64,000 nt of DNA, taken from positions 237,366 through 301,365 of the forward strand of contig NMRA01000317.1 of NCBI GenBank assembly GCA_002633005.1, read 5' to 3'. Origin of the DNA: Phoronis australis. Lineage: Eukaryota; Animalia; Phoronida. Under the pieces are notes generated by a model that saw nothing but the letters and a program-made list of their open reading frames with translations, was not told the DNA's origin and made no database searches. Within the stretch, counting starts at the first letter, position 1; the number at the start of each line of letters is the position of its first letter. Of this stretch, positions 62,702-64,000 are shown in pieces. Position numbers and translations under genes: made by a program.

Positions 62702-64000
62702 GAGTGCTCGAAAAAATGTTTGATCCCCGTCGGGAGTAATGTAATTGCTCGAGTTGATAGGAATTAAAGACATCGCTAGCTTCCCAGCCAAGGAAGGTGT
62801 CCCTCTATGCGAGGCATAATTCACCAAAGCGGTGTATGAAGCGCCTATGGCTAAGTATGTGAGCATCACCGTCTCTACTGTGGCTACCTGGCTTAGCCTG
62901 ACTTATTACTACGCCAGTTGAAACGGTGTTACTGTCAACAGAATGTGCCTGAATTCATTTTTGCTCAGAATGTAAAAAGCTCAACAGTCATAGTACCGTA
63001 CCTCGTTAAGAAGACGCCACACAGCAAAATCTATAAATCTATCAAGGTTTACACTCGTAATGTAAAAGGCACTAAAAGCTGAAAAGTGTTGTCTGCTAAA
63101 CTTTAAAAATGGCCGCTCTTGTCTAAACTAGTGCTTAAAAAAGAAAAATTTTCACAATTAACATAACTTTAAAAACATTTTCTTAGAAATCTAAAAATAC
63201 TTATTAATATATATTTCAAATAAGTAAATGGTTTTTGCTTTCGTATTTGAGAACTGGTATTTTTAAATTAAAACTTATTTCATAATTCTCAGCACTATGA
63301 TCCAGGCTATACTTACAACACTGTCCAACAGGCGGTGTAATGTCGTCTGCTAGCCTTTGGCTTCGTGATGTTTGATGTTTTGGTAGTCGAACTATGTGCA
63401 GGGTGTTAGCAGTCGTTCGTCACGAGTTTAGCAAGCTCGGGATATTGTAAGTACTCTAGTATGCATTTGCCTTTTACTTGGTATATCGTACTAGTAACAA
63501 GTCTCTTGACAGCATATTGATGCCGTTTGGAGATCTTTTGTATCGCTTAACACACTCTCACTGTCTCACTCTCGTTTCACTCAGTGCTTGATGCAAGATA
63601 CGCAGTCGCAGCTTTTTCGAAGGTTCCCGCCCGCAGCCGTTATACAATTAGTGGGTCAATTGTCTGCTAGTAAGTATAGTATGGTGTTGCAACACAATGT
63701 GTACAGCCTACATAACACTCAGGCTAGCTAGGTCTGCTGGCTGCCGATTTGGCGACACTGTCACTAGTCTAGTGACTAGTGTACGGACTACGTCTATTCG
63801 ACTATTGTCACGCTCCTCGACACCCTAGGGCTAGGCTACATAGTCCTTGACAGTACCACTGACTGTCTCAACTAGTTGTAGCGACGGTGGTCATCCCATA
63901 GCCAGGCCCTTAAAATTCTCCCAGATTCCATTTGGCAGTTCAGGGGTGCGAATGTGCAGGTGGGCAAAATCCTGGCTAATACTCTGCCCTGGCCCCCTTA

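Overview
AT-rich, intron-rich animal DNA, most likely an invertebrate (a lophotrochozoan or mollusc is my inference from the repeat families). It holds five protein-coding genes in a compact alternating layout: BCKDHB (minus strand, first two coding exons, continuing off the left edge), ATE1 (plus), ELYS/AHCTF1 (minus, about 33 exons), GTF2H2/TFIIH p44 (plus) and a single-exon MAJIN homologue (minus). Gene identities rest on recognising hand-spliced translations from memory; no database search was run. Most ORF-track entries are intronic noise. Main points of interest: (1) a complete 553-bp non-autonomous LTR element (TRIM) whose LTRs contain a tRNA-like Pol III promoter, with a tRNA-Ser primer-binding site (PBS), polypurine tract (PPT) and 4-bp target-site duplication (TSD), plus decayed relatives; (2) two alternative 91-nt ATE1 start exons, each encoding the CGYC motif; (3) an intronless MAJIN with an overlapping uORF; (4) several local exon or splice-site duplications in ELYS and GTF2H2; (5) a ~520-bp palindrome near the ELYS/GTF2H2 divergent promoter; (6) several MITEs.
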